Shown piece after piece: positions 13,003 through 27,643 of a DNA stretch of 64,000 nucleotides. The notes below the pieces were generated by a model. The model ran no database searches. It was not told the origin of the DNA and was given only the letters and a program-made list of their open reading frames with translations. Numbering within the stretch: the stretch's first letter is position 1; every line of letters begins with the position of its first letter. The DNA is from Octopus vulgaris (lineage: Eukaryota), in contig OX597830.1 of NCBI GenBank assembly GCA_951406725.2, forward strand, positions 73,284,001-73,348,000, read 5' to 3'. Made by a program: the position numbers and the translations under genes.

Positions 13003-13140
13003 CTATACCTGCATATCGAATATACTGCAGATATCATTCCTAAAGGATCCATTGCATAGTCGTTCGTACCTTATATTTAACCCGTCATCTCGGTAAATAC
13101 CGTACTTTGCGCTGTACAACCTCCCCCGAAACAAATTGCA
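13003..13140 (-). mobile_element. Penelope-like element RT fragment
   Basis: Translation ...KYGIYRDDGLNIRYERLCNGSFRNDICSIF; GxYRDDGL matches the catalytic motif of a major PLE RT group. Confidence 0.6.
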
Positions 13141-13249
13141 AAATATATATATATATATATACACACGTATTAATCTACAAGCTTCAGGGACAGTGCTCGA
13201 TCTCATTGTTATACACACACATACACACACGCACGCAAGCACACCCACC

Positions 13250-13430
13250 AACATACGCATATTCAGAACGAAGCGTTAGTCGAATACAAAGCGATATGAA
13301 AATGAAATGACAAAGGAATAGGCAAATATCTTATGAACTTCATTTGCTTAAATCGCACTTCATATTCGAGGCTCTGATAAAGCTATAAGTAGTTACTCAG
13401 ACATTCAAATATAAGTCCACATCTTATAGA
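13250..13430. repeat. Unclassified dispersed repeat (second copy at about 55680-55880)
   Basis: ttcagaacgaagcgttagtc...caaaggaata matches ttcagaacgaagcattagtc...caaaggaata at 55688. Confidence 0.55.
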
Positions 13431-14036
13431 AAAATTATCTGTAATTAATGATGCTCAAAAGATAATCGCATTTCCTCACCCCCATACACACATACATACA
13501 TACATATATACATATAAATATACACATATACCTTCAATTGTACTGGTGTGTCTTTTCTACAATGTTTTATATTTCTTAAGTTTCATCGATAGAGCTCTTT
13601 GTTTCTTTCTTCTTTCTATCTTTCTTTCTTTTTTTTCTCTCTTTTTCTCACTTCCTCCGTATACATATTTCCGTTTCCTCTCATACCACTCTTCTAAAAC
13701 TTTGTCTCCCACTTCTCCAGACCCCCCGTACTCCAACCCCAGCGAAATATCATTTTTGTAACAATGTTTTTATTTCTAAATAAAGTTTCCCATTTTTTTC
13801 CTCCTGGCTTTGTCTTATACCTCATCATTGACATAAATGTGTAGTTATGTTTATTGTATTCGGCTTCTAGCATTTAGCGTTATATTTCGTTTATTCATTC
13901 ACTTAAATTATATTTAAGTTTACATCACTGACATTTTGCTAATGATGTAACCTAGCAACCAGGGAAACTTACCGTTTCAATTTTTTTTTCTTTTAGCTTG
14001 TATTCCCTCTATATTTCGACCCCAACTCTCTTTGTT

Positions 14037-14089
<53 letters not shown>

Positions 14090-14409
14090 CTCTCTCTCTT
14101 TCTCTCTGTATCTCTCTCTTGCTTTCTGTTTGCCTCTACTCTTATTATTATGTCAATCTTTTTCTTTCTCTCTCATTCTCTCTTTATTTTACTTTCGTCA
14201 TACGCATATCTCTTCACATACCTCGTCGTCGTAACCGACGGAGTGCTTCTATCTCTTCACATAATAGTCTACTATACAAAATGCTTCATCTTCTTTCTTT
14301 TTCTCTGTATCTCTCTCTCTCACTCGTATTGTCATATCTAACTTTCCAAGGAACTCGCACTTTCTCTAACCTATTCTTCTCTTACGAACTTTATATTGCA
14401 CTTTCTCCA

Positions 14410-14586
14410 GAAGAAAGAGTGAGAGAAAGTTGTGGCGAAAGAGTATAGCAGGGATCACCAACACCCACTGCCGGAGCCTCGTGGAGCTTTAGATGTTTTC
14501 GCTCAATAAACACTCACAACGCCCGGTCTGGGAATCGGATCCGCTATCCTACGACCGCGAGTCCGCTGCAATAACCACTGGGCCAT
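14410..14586 (-). mobile_element. SINE family C, 5' half
   Basis: Reverse complement of about 12268-12430 (ggcccagtggtt...gattcccagaccgggcgttgtgagtgtttattgagcg). Confidence 0.8.
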
Positions 14587-14610
14587 ATCTATCTATCTAT
14601 CTATCTATTG

Positions 14611-14711
<101 letters not shown>

Positions 14712-14738
14712 CCCACAAATATATGTATCTCTCTCCTC

Positions 14739-14809
<71 letters not shown>

Positions 14810-15229
14810 TTTAAACCTCGAAATGCCTATGGGGGTCCAGTAGAGTAAGTGAGGAACCAAAGAGGATGCACTGGCAAAAACTGTTTTTGAGAAGCGCTGA
14901 TTTGTAGTTTCGAGTAGTATTTAGTTATTTTTTGAAGGACGAAAGACAAAAAGTATCTGAGCAGAATTTGAAAGGAGAACGGAAATGATTGCAACAAAAT
15001 ACCCCGAGAAAGCGTTCAAGTAGGAAAGTGTGTTTCAAGTGGGTTAAAATGGAAAATAATAAAACTTGCATAAAGGAAATAAAAAAAATCCTCGACTGAT
15101 TTTTGCAGTGTAAAAAGACATGTTTGTACTGCATGTATGTATACAAGTATGCATGTTTACACACACAAATGCATACATACACATTTGCATAGACACATGA
15201 GTGTGTATGTATGTATGTATGTATGTATG

Positions 15230-15231
<2 letters not shown>

Positions 15232-15283
<52 letters not shown>

Positions 15284-15317
15284 TATAATAATAATTATAA
15301 TAATAATAATAATAATG

Positions 15318-15389
<72 letters not shown>

Positions 15390-15735
15390 CATTATGTACA
15401 GGGCTCAGGTGCACTACAACTCATCTAAAGTGTATGTATAGTACATAGGGTAATGTACAAGCGTCAGGAAAAGAACAGTGCATGAGTCATGACATACACA
15501 TATGTGTATGAGTATGGAAGGGGGACAATCAGGTGTAGTTTCGGCGGATTTCGGAAAGCATGAGGGCCTTAAAGGATGCAGTGTCATGGCAGTCAACAAC
15601 TGACGTAGGTAGTTTGTTCCATGCTTCAGCAACTCTGAGCGTGAAAAAATGTTTCCGAAAGTCATGGGAGCTGTGCTGTTTTCTGACTTTGTAGGCATGT
15701 CCACGTGTGTTAGACACATGGAGATCAAAAAGGTG
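15232..15735 (-). mobile_element. CR1/L2-like LINE 3' end with (ATT)n tail
   Basis: HLFDLHVSNTRGHAYKVRKQHSSHDFRKHFFTLRVAEAWNKLPTSVVDCHDTASFK* has the TRGH/FF..RV/WNxLP ORF2 C-terminal signature, followed by a 3'UTR (15388-15528) and an (ATT)n tail (15232-15387). Confidence 0.9.
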
Positions 15736-16199
15736 TATGTATGTATGTATGTATGTATGTATGTATGTATGTATGTATGTATGTATGTATGCATGTATAT
15801 ATGTATATATGTATGTATGTATAGGTAACCAGGTCACTTGATACATACGTTTTGTAAATGGAAGCTGTAAAAGAAAAAAATGTATGGGAATCATTGTCCA
15901 AAATACAGTATGTAACATTATCGTTTTGTTGTTATGTACAGAACAGTGATGGCGATTTGTTTCTTTGTTTAAAACAAATTCATCCCATTTTAAAGTATGA
16001 ACCCCAAAAAATGTTCCAAGTTTACAGAAACTACATGCACACAAGCATACACACATGCACACACAAAACACAACTACACACACACATTCACACAAACACG
16101 CACTTGCACGTACGACGGGTTTTGCAATTATAAGGCATCTGTCCATTAAACTCTTCATTAAAAGATATGTGCCTAACCTGGTATTTCCGCAATGATTTG

Positions 16200-16620
16200 T
16201 GATACACTCTTTCCTAGCTGGCTCTATCAAAGTTTTGTAATTCCGTTTGAAAAAAGGTATGTGAAGCATGAGTGGGGTGTGCTGCGCCCCACTAAATATA
16301 TTGAAAGGCGAGTGAATGTGTCGAGGAGGGGCCCAGTGAATGAGCCTACTGTAAGCTGGCGCCTGTAGGCTGAGGGAAACAGGGGACAGAAAAATAATTC
16401 GCATAGTACACTCAGTGACTAGGATGGTTTGGGATCTGTAGGGTTACTTGGTTGCCCAAAGGTGGAATTTTATCCCATAAAAGGAATTGTTTGTTACGAT
16501 AGTTATGGCAAATTTTTATGGTTTGATTGTTTATATGTTTGTAAGTCCTCAGTCGTTGTGGTGCCTTACGTAATGTTCAGACCCTTGTGGCCAATAACGA
16601 AACAACAACTATTATTATTA
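16200..16620 (+). mobile_element. Degenerate LINE 3' end (Tx1/L1-like, tentative)
   Basis: Terminal cccttgtggccaataa followed by an (att)n tail; the same terminus occurs on the minus strand at about 28350. Confidence 0.4.
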
Positions 16621-16636
16621 TTGTTATTATTGAAAA

Positions 16637-16850
16637 GGCGGTGAGCTGGCAGAATCGTTAGCGCGCTGGGCGAAGGGTTAAGCGACATTTTGTCCGTCTT
16701 TATGTTCTGAGTTTAAATTACCCCGAGGTCAACTTTGCCTTTCATCCTTTCAAGGTCAATAAATTAAGTACCAGTCAAGTCCTGGGGTCGATATGATCGA
16801 TTAGCCTCTTGCTCAATATCTCAGACCTAGTTACTTTAGTAGAAACGATT
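16637..16850 (+). mobile_element. SINE family B
   Basis: ggcggtgagctggcagaatcgttagc...gcctttcatcctttcaaggtcaataaattaagtaccag; followed by a long (TTA)n tract to about 17200. Confidence 0.85.
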
Positions 16851-16852
16851 AC

Positions 16853-16883
<31 letters not shown>

Positions 16884-17139
16884 ATTATTTTATTATTATT
16901 ATTATTATTATTATCATCATCATCATCATTATTATTGTTGTTGTTGTTGTTGTTATATTATAATTAATATTGTTATTATTATTGCTTTGTTATTGTTATT
17001 GTTATTATTATTATAGTTATTATTATTATTAATGTTATTATTAGTTTTATTATTATTATTGTTATTATTATTAATGTTATTATTAGTTTTATTATTATTA
17101 TTAATGTTATTATTAGTTTTATTATTATTATTATTATTA

Positions 17140-17201
<62 letters not shown>

Positions 17202-17239
17202 GATATCATCGTCACTTTCTGTTTATGTTTTAGCAATAC

Positions 17240-17529
17240 ATCAATGTAATCAATCTATCCGCCCTTCTCTCTATGTCAATGTGTATGTGTGCGTGTATGT
17301 ATGTGTGTGTGTGTTTGTGTCTGTGTCTGTGTAAGAGCATATATATGTGTATACATAATTCATATAAATGTAAATAGCACGTGCATGCACTGTATATTAA
17401 TCCACAAACAGAAACACACACATACACATATATTGGTATAAAGATGGGTACACTTTCATAGATGTATACATATATACGAATGTTTACACACGTGTGTGCC
17501 TATGTATGTATATGTAATTTTGTGTATGG

Positions 17530-17618
<89 letters not shown>

Positions 17619-17891
17619 AATATGAATATATGCATTTATGTATGGGCATATCAATCAATGTAATCAATCTATCCGCCCTTCTCTCTATGTCAATGTGTAT
17701 GTGTGCGTGTATGTATGTGTGTGTGTGTTTGTGTCTGTGTCTGTGTAAGAGCATATATATGTGTATACATAATTCATATAAATGTAAATAGCACGTGCAT
17801 GCACTGTATATTAATCCACAAACAGAAACACACACATACACATATATTGGTATAAAGATGGGTACACATTCATAGATGTATACATATATAC
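17240..17891 (+). repeat. Near-perfect 238-bp direct duplication (17240-17477 / 17654-17891)
   Basis: Copies are offset by 414 bp; only one substitution noticed (actttcatag vs acattcatag). Confidence 0.92.
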
Positions 17892-18021
17892 ATCACTCAC
17901 GCATACATATATATATATATATATATACATGCATGTATATACATAAACGCATATATTTATACACACACATAAACACACACACATATATATACATATATAA
18001 ATATATATATATGCACATATG

Positions 18022-18064
<43 letters not shown>

Positions 18065-18138
18065 TATATGCATACACACGGGCACACACTTATCTACACA
18101 CGCATACATACAAACACATATATATCTATGTCTCTATC

Positions 18139-18235
<97 letters not shown>

Positions 18236-18336
18236 ATATATATATATATATACACATATATATATGCATATATACATATATATATATATGAATACTTATG
18301 TATACATACATATATATATACATACATATATATATA

Positions 18337-18434
<98 letters not shown>

Positions 18435-18714
18435 CATATAATGAGCGCTGGTATATCTTTAGTTGCCAATACGCTTTTGCATCTACAGACGCATACGCTG
18501 AAAATCGACGTCTAAACAAATATATCGCCACATGATTTCAATTAATGTCTGGTGTGCTTGTTTAGTGAGTGATGGGAAATGTTATGTGGGAGTGTGTGTA
18601 TGCTTTTATGCATGTGTGTCTCTGCGTGTGAACGTGTGGGTGTGTGATAGTCGCATCAATTGACCATTCATCCTAAAAGCTGTTGTTTGTTCTTGGTTGT
18701 ATGTGTTCTATTTG

Positions 18715-18900
18715 TTATTCATTTACTTGCTTCGGTCGTTTGACTGCGTCCATTCTGCAGCAACACATTTAGCTCAACAAATTGACCTCAGTACTTATTC
18801 TATCGGTTTCTTTTGCCGAACCGCTACGTTACGGGGACATAAACATTCCAACATCGGTTGTCAAGCAATGGTGGGAGACAAAAAAAACAGACACAAATAC
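18715..18900 (-). mobile_element. SINE family A, 3' half
   Basis: agtacttattctatcggt...gccgaaccgcta...atcggttgtcaagcaatg matches the family A tail. Confidence 0.8.
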
Positions 18901-18938
18901 ATACACACATATATATATATACGTATATAAATATATAT

Positions 18939-18982
<44 letters not shown>

Positions 18983-19210
18983 ACATATATAAATACACAT
19001 ATATGTTTGTACGTATCAATAAGTATACGTACATACATGTATGTATGTATATATGTATATGCATGTTTATGTGTATATATATGTGTCTTATTTATATTTC
19101 CTGAGCGCCATACTAATACAATTGTTTGTTTGTATTCCATCTGCCTTCGTCTTTTGTTTATTTCCGTAAACCTGCCTTCGTCTTTTGTCTATTTTCATAA
19201 AGCTTCCCGC

Positions 19211-19276
<66 letters not shown>

Positions 19277-19278
19277 TT

Positions 19279-19461
19279 CTGTAATCCCTCCACTATCGCG
19301 GGTGTTACGTTCCAAAACCTCCCATAGAAATAATTAAAATCTAAAAAAAATATAAATGCCTATCAGTCGCAGAAACCCGGATATACTGGGGTGTATGTGA
19401 TACAAATTTACATATATTGGGCTGGAAAATAGTTGAACCGTGATTTGGTGAGGGATTATTG
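19279..19461. mobile_element. Tigger/pogo-like MITE
   Basis: TIRs ctgtaatccctc / gagggattattg followed by TA; the 5' portion matches 39105 (TA|cagtaatccctcgactatcgcgg). Confidence 0.7.
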
Positions 19462-19472
19462 TATGTATGTAT

Positions 19473-19523
<51 letters not shown>

Positions 19524-19557
19524 TTACACACACACACACACACATTTATGTACTATG

Positions 19558-19588
<31 letters not shown>

Positions 19589-19594
19589 ATTTAA

Positions 19595-19651
<57 letters not shown>

Positions 19652-20005
19652 CACACACACACAAACAAGGAGAGAGGGAGGTCTGTGTGTCTGACGTTAT
19701 GTGCAATTATGTGCATGTGTTCTAATATAAGTGCCGATAAAAAGTACTCCTCGAAGTTTGAGAATTTCTTCCAACGATGGCTAAGTATCTTCTTTCATCA
19801 ATGCCATTCTAAGGTATCTAATTCTCCAGTCGGTTCATAAAAACCAAAGTAGAAAGGCGACCGATTACCATCACAAACATCAATATTTTCTTCTTGTAGC
19901 GACACCTGCTTCTAGGCCATGTTATATATGAAAGACTGTCTACACATGCATATGTGTCCTCGTCTATATGAATATATCAAGCATATAATGTAAATTTTCA
20001 TAAAG

Positions 20006-20044
<39 letters not shown>

Positions 20045-20241
20045 ACGTGTACGCGCGTTAATGCGTATGACTGTATTATTATTTATTGACTATTATAAGC
20101 AATATGAGAATTTGTGTATATGTATATCAATCTATGTCTCTATACATACATATGTACATATAAATATGCACATATATGTATGAACGCCTGCATATATTCG
20201 TTCTTTAATTTGAATATACGGTCGTTACTATTATGCGTAAG

Positions 20242-20444
20242 TGTCGTAAGTCTAAAAAGTTGCTTTTTCAGAAAACGAAAAAATAGTTTCACCATTCCAT
20301 AGCAAAATCGTTGTTCTACAGTTTGACAATTCCTGATATCTTGCCATCTAAAGTCGCTGGAGTCTGACAAAAAGAATCGGCTATTTCAAGCCAAGATAAA
20401 TATTGAAAAAAAAAACGCATTTAGCCAACTTTCGACATATGACA
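20242..20444. mobile_element. Small TIR-bounded element (MITE-like)
   Basis: tgtcgtaagtctaaaaagttg at the left versus caactttcgacatatgaca (reverse complement tgtcatatgtcgaaagttg) at the right. Confidence 0.45.
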
Positions 20445-20459
20445 TAGCAAGGATATTTG

Positions 20460-20597
<138 letters not shown>

Positions 20598-20949
20598 TGT
20601 GTGTGTGTGTGTGTTTCTCTATATATATATATGTGTGTGTGTGTGTGTATGTGTGTATGTGTATATACATACATGTATATATATATATATATATACATGC
20701 ACACACGAGTTAGGGAAGGGAGTTGATAAGATCCCGTTTGGTGTTTGATAGCGAGCGGAATTTTGAAAATAGTAAATATCCAAGCGTGGTGTATACTGCA
20801 GCCTACTCCCCAGGCCAATTAAATGAAAGTTTACATTGTCGCATGGCGTTACATATTAAAAAGAACTTTTTGCAATTTATTGTACTTTGATACGAAAAAT
20901 CCAAAACCTTTCATCTACTGTTCTTGAAAGCTGTTCTTTATATTTACTA

Positions 20950-21324
20950 TACTCTTTTACTCTTTTACTTGTTTCAGTCATTTGACTGCGGCCATGCTGG
21001 AGCACCGCCTTTAATCGAGCAACTCGACCCCGGGACTTATTCTTTTGTAAGCCCAGTACTTATTCTATCGGTCTCTTTTGCCGAACCGCTAGGTAACGGG
21101 GACATAAACACATCACCATCGGTTGTCAAGCAATGCTAGGGGGACAAACACACACACGCATATACGGGCTTCTTTTAGTTTCCATCTACCAAATCCACTC
21201 ACAAGGCTTTGGTCGGCCCGAGGCTATAGTAGAGGACACTTGCCCAAGGTGCCACGCAGTGGGACTGAACCTGGAACCATGTGGTTTGTAAACAAGCTAC
21301 TTACCACACAGCCACTCCTGCGCC
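20950..21324 (-). mobile_element. SINE family A, near-consensus full length
   Basis: Complete head (A/B boxes), body and tail. Confidence 0.92.
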
Positions 21325-21780
21325 TATATGTGTGTGTGTATAGTCTTTAAAATTTACATTTACTTATAGTCTTGGACTTTCTGAGTTCAAAATCTGCTGA
21401 ATACAGTTTTATGTTTTCTCTCTCTGGAATCTCTAAAATATGTTTAGAATCAAGTACTTTGATTTATATCCATGCAATTTTTTTTTTTGCAAATGTTAAT
21501 GGAATGGTAACAGTAAACACGGCAGTTTAGACTGTTAACACGTCAATTCTCAACATCAATCGAGATCAAATACTTCCTGGATTGGACCATTTTGTGATTT
21601 TTATGGGGTCATACTTATGTTGAAAATCTCTCTCTTTCTCTCCCTCTCCCCACCTCTCTCTCTCTCTCTCGTTCTCTCTCTCTCACACACGTATATATAT
21701 ATATATATATATATATTAGGGAGTATAGCTCCAAACTTACAGGGAAAAAATCGATTTAGTATTAAATTTGACAGTATAAA

Positions 21781-22125
21781 TATATAAAATATGAATTAGA
21801 GATAAAACCACTTTTATGCAACTCAAACAGTGATAGACATAAACCAATACATAAATAACAAAAATATATAATTAATATAATATATAATATATATATATAT
21901 AATTTTTTTTTCATAAATAATATAAATATAATATAATATAAATATAATATAATATAATACTTATATTATATTTATCATTCTTTTTATACTTTTTGAAAAA
22001 AATTATATATATATTATATATTATATTGATTATATTTATATTTTTGTTATTTATGTATTGGTTTATGTCTATCACTGTTTGAGTTGCATAATAGTGATTT
22101 TATCTCTAATTCATATTTTGTATAT
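21781..22125. repeat. AT-rich ~130-bp inverted repeat upstream of a PLE remnant
   Basis: 21781-21912 (atgaattagagataaaaccac...tgcaactcaaacagtgatagacataaaccaatacataaataacaaaaat) is the reverse complement of 21995-22125. Confidence 0.85.
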
Positions 22126-22149
22126 ATATATATATATATATATATTTCC

Positions 22150-23040
22150 ATAAAATGTTTCAACGGGATAGCCCTGACGGTTACCGTGTAGCCTCTTAAA
22201 TCGGTTTTAAATGCCGGGTAACCAAAGCGAGTATTGGTGATACCCGAGTTCGTAATCAGTTACTTGACTCCAGTAATTAATCACGCTTGGTAACTCCGAG
22301 TGTCCTTTTTGGCACTACATAGCTTCGGTAGAGTAAGTAATAATCTTAATAATGCTCAGGAGAACGGAGATTTTCCATATCTATAATTCTATTAGAACAG
22401 TTATTTACAGCATTCTTTCGTTGACCTACGCGCGTTTCAACTGCATCAACTGCACACTTGAAGAACCTAGGGCTATCCATATCAATAGAAAACGAACACA
22501 ACTCTGTAAACTTTCTAGATATTACTTTAGATTTAAGTGCAAATACTTATAAAGCTTATAAAAGCCCAACACGAAATAACTTATATTAAAACAGTAATCA
22601 ACCTACATATATAACCCAGACAAAACGTGTCTACTCGTATTTCTAATCTATCAAAGAATGAGGAAGTTCTCAAGCAAAACGAGGACTTTTATAATTTAGC
22701 ACTAAGAAAAACAGGATACAGTGAAATATTAAAATTCAACAACAAAAACAAAGATAGGGTTAAAAAGAAGATAATATATCGGACACTAAATAATCGTAAT
22801 ACACGGATCAGCCGATTTAGAACAGGTAATAGCCAACTTCGGAATAAGTTAGATAAGGATAGGAAGATCAAACAATTCAACAATAATCATGGAACACCAG
22901 TTAAAGTGAAGATTAGCAATGATTTTAAGCAAATGGTGTCGTATAAGCTGCAAGGTAATTATGATAGTAACAGAAAGTTTCGTAGGCAGCACCGAAACAG
23001 AGGAGGTAATGAATATGTAAACTAGTTCTTTAGAAATACC
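22150..23040 (+). mobile_element. Penelope-like element remnant (RT C-terminal/thumb region, frameshifted)
   Basis: From 22461: KNLGLSISIENEHNSVNFLDITLDLSANTYKAYK, then KPN after a frameshift and SNQP...STRISNLSKNEEVLKQNEDFYNLALRKTGY; these match the VNFLD / Y.KPN / SNHP / RIS.LS / AL..SGY motifs of PLE RTs. Confidence 0.85.
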
Positions 23041-23043
23041 CAA

Positions 23044-23095
<52 letters not shown>

Positions 23096-23113
23096 GCGCG
23101 CGTGTGTGTGTGT

Positions 23114-23275
23114 ATTCTTTTACTCGTTGAATGCAGCCATGCTGGAGCACCGACTTTAGTCGAGCAAGACGACCCAAGGATTTATTCATTGTAAGCCTAG
23201 TACTTATTCCTATCGTTGTTTTTGTCGACTCGCTAATTTACGGGGACGTAAATACACCAACAGCGGTTGTCAAGG
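23114..23275 (-). mobile_element. SINE family A, 3' fragment
   Basis: gccatgctggagcaccgactttagtcgagc...tgtaagcctagtacttatt. Confidence 0.75.
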
Positions 23276-23410
23276 TATTATACACACATACACATACATA
23301 CATACATACATACGTACATATATAGATGTCTGAGTGTGTTTTTGCGCATCCATATACGTGACTATGTGTATATGTACGTATATGTACATAGATATACATA
23401 CATTTATGTT

Positions 23411-23455
<45 letters not shown>

Positions 23456-24317
23456 GTATTTATGCGTGTATGTCTGTAATAAATACAGTTATGTTTAACA
23501 CGCACATAGTGTGAGTATATATATATATGTATATGTATATGTACATGTATGTGTGTGTGCATATATATGTATATATTATCCTCTACTAATCTATATATGC
23601 GTGTGTGTCTCCATATCTCTCAATATGTTGTTATATATACGCAATTAGAAATATGCTCAAGCTTAAGTAAAGCCTGTTTACTTAAATTAACACTTTAGAA
23701 TCATTACGAATCTTCCTTCCATTTCTGACACACTTAAATGAATATCGGAACAGGAAGGTATTTATTGCAGGAAGAATACCATCGCAATTAAAACACGAAC
23801 TTGTCCGTGGCCCTTAAATTACCAACAAATCACATGCGGTACAGAGTCGAAATTGTTACTGCATCGTGTAAGACTCCTTGTTGTATCCGTTTCGCCTATT
23901 CATATATGTAGTTCAAAGTCCGCCGGCTAACTTTTGGCGGGAAAGGAAGTCCTTCGGGACCCGACTATTTGGCAGCTATAAGCCGCAGTTACCGGATAAA
24001 GCACTACGTAGTTAGGCTCAAGTTAACATCGCATGTATGAATGTGGACTCTGCGCCAAAGAGGGATGAGAAGCTACAACGCTTGCATTCATGAATCACGC
24101 AAAGTTAATAATATCTTCTGAAGACGCATTACCTCGTTAACTCATTCATAAATTGTGTTTTTAACATTAGCAAATACTCAAAATTTTTTTTTTTTCTCCT
24201 GCGAAAAGTACGTTTTGTTATTTCTATACGATGAATTATTAAGACATATGTTCCAACTAACATGACACCTCTGTGTTTTTGTTGGTAAATGAATAAGTAA
24301 ATATAATAATACGCATG

Positions 24318-24372
<55 letters not shown>

Positions 24373-24401
24373 CAACAACAATAATAATAACAACAACAAA
24401 A

Positions 24402-24438
<37 letters not shown>

Positions 24439-24505
24439 ACCAATAATAATAATAACAACAACAACAACAGCAACAACAACAAAAACAATAATAATAATAA
24501 TAGTA

Positions 24506-24563
<58 letters not shown>

Positions 24564-25052
24564 TGATGATTATGATAATAACGTTTGTAACGATGAAGAG
24601 GAGGAGGAGTAGAAGAAGGAAGGAAAAGAAAGAAGAGAAAGAGAGAACGGAAAATGTAGAAGAGTAGGCAAATGTTGATATTTACGGAGTGAGGGTGGAA
24701 TAATATTCATTTCTTTCGATCGATTGAAATAATAAATAAATAAATGAATGAATAAATGAATAAATAAATAAAAGACAACGGTCAACACCAAACCTCTTCT
24801 CCTGAGATTTCTTGCAATTTGCTCACTGTGTCTTTCTGCGCGTCTGCACGTGTGTGCGTTTATATACTTGCTTATATATACATATGTGTATGTCTGTGAG
24901 TATATATATATATATATGTGTGTGTGCGTGTGTGTATAAATATATGTGTGTGTGTATGTGCCTGTACGTATGCATGTGGGTATGGAAGCATGTATAAATG
25001 CATATAAATACATATATATATATATATACACACACATATATATGTACATAAC

Positions 25053-25085
<33 letters not shown>

Positions 25086-25192
25086 TGTGTACGCATATGA
25101 ATATAAATACACACTTATCCCTATGTGTATGCTGTATGTATATATATATATATATATTTCTATATGTATGTATATACATATATATATATTTC

Positions 25193-25237
<45 letters not shown>

Positions 25238-25269
25238 AATATATGTATATATATATGTATATGTATATA

Positions 25270-25346
<77 letters not shown>

Positions 25347-25881
25347 GTATATATATATATATATATATGTAAATATGTATATGCATATATTCATACATAT
25401 GCATGTGTGTGTGTTTGTGTGTGTTTCCGTGAGTGTGCGTATCAATCTACATATATTCATTCACATATGTACACACGCATCTATTTTTTTTTTTTACTCC
25501 GTTTACATCTTACATCTAGTATTATGCTATAATCCTTGTAACTTGCTCTGCTCCAATTTTAAATTTATCTGTTTTCAAATAAGTAAAAAAATGTAATAAA
25601 CACTTCCTTTAAAACAAAAAAAAAACAACAAAAAAAAAATAATGAGAACAACCAAACAATACACATTATGCACTTTTATGATGCATAAAAAAAAAGTAAT
25701 ATTAAAAACACTACAAATAATGATAATAAGAATATTAATGATATCCATAATTCTATTTCCCATAATGCAATTTGCTTTGAATTCAGTTCACTCACACTTT
25801 AGAGATCTTTCGTCTCACTGGCGCTTGGCCGCCATTGTTGGTCTTATTATTTTTGTTTTATTTTATGTATTTATGTATTAG

Positions 25882-25937
<56 letters not shown>

Positions 25938-26037
25938 TCCTTTTTTCTTTGCTTTCTTCCCTGCCACGTTTGCTGGTTTTATTTTCTTTCATTTCTTGTT
26001 TTCCTGCTCCAATAATTTTAATGCTTTTTCATCCAAA

Positions 26038-26068
<31 letters not shown>

Positions 26069-26246
26069 CATACATACATACATACATACATACATACATA
26101 CATACATACATTCGAAAACACGCATAAAATCACATACACAAACGCACATAAAAGCTCATACACACAGACACCACACATACGTATATAATCTATATGCAGG
26201 TATATTTTTCTATGTGCATATACACACATTTACACATATATATATG

Positions 26247-26305
<59 letters not shown>

Positions 26306-26333
26306 TAAACAGATAGATAGATAAATAGATAGG

Positions 26334-26404
<71 letters not shown>

Positions 26405-27229
26405 TTAGATAGACGTACATGTCCACACATAACTATATATGTATACGCATACATATGTATATAAATATACAGACATATACACTGTCTTTTTATATCTCTC
26501 TCACACTCCTTTTCCTCCTCCCCCTTTCTCTTTCAATCTAAACTATTATCTCTCATTTTTTTTCAAGCTATCTTAACCTCTCTTTTTAACATTTATTTCT
26601 GAATTCATTTCGTTCTCATAATGGGGTAGATAAAAGGGTGGAGCCTACTGACTTTAAATACACATAGACACAAACACACGTGTGTGTGTGTGTGTGTGTG
26701 TGTGTATAGACATGCATATGTGCGATTGTAGGTGTATGCGTGTATGTTTGTATGTGCGTGCGTGTGTTGTGTATAACGTGAGCATTCCCGCCACTTTTTC
26801 GTGTTCTTTTTGCTCTCTGTATTCTCATATTCAGCATTTACCCTACCATGTAGCTATTTAGCGTGTGGGAATGAGGTGAAGGAGAAGACGAAACGTTCAA
26901 CTGATTCATTCATATTTTGTATTCTAACACTATGCTTTATCTCAAAGTTATTTTCTTCATCATTTTTAATCCTTACTACTACCCGCTTCTTTTTTCTTCA
27001 GTTTTTTTTTTGTTATGCAAATAAACGTGAATGAGTATTCAGACGTATTCATAAATATACAAATTATATATGTGTGTATGTGAGTATGTGTGTGTGAGAG
27101 TGTGGGTGTCTGTGTGTGTGTAAATATACACACACGGATTATACGTATATACATACATGTATATACATATATATACTGCTTACATATACATATGTATATA
27201 TATATACACACACACACATATATATATAT

Positions 27230-27270
<41 letters not shown>

Positions 27271-27550
27271 TACTTATACACACACACACACACACACTAA
27301 CACAGTGGCATGTGTGTATTTTGTCATTTCTTACCACGCTTTCATTGCATGTCTTTCTCTATCTCTCCCTGCTTCTCTCTATCTGACACCATACCTCTTC
27401 CTCCCCCTCTCTCTCTCTCTACATATATATATTTAAATAAATATACATATATACATACATATATATATATATAACACGTATGTATGTATGTGTGTATATA
27501 TCTATCTATCTATCTATATATATATCTATGTATCTAACTATCTATCTATA

Positions 27551-27643
<93 letters not shown>

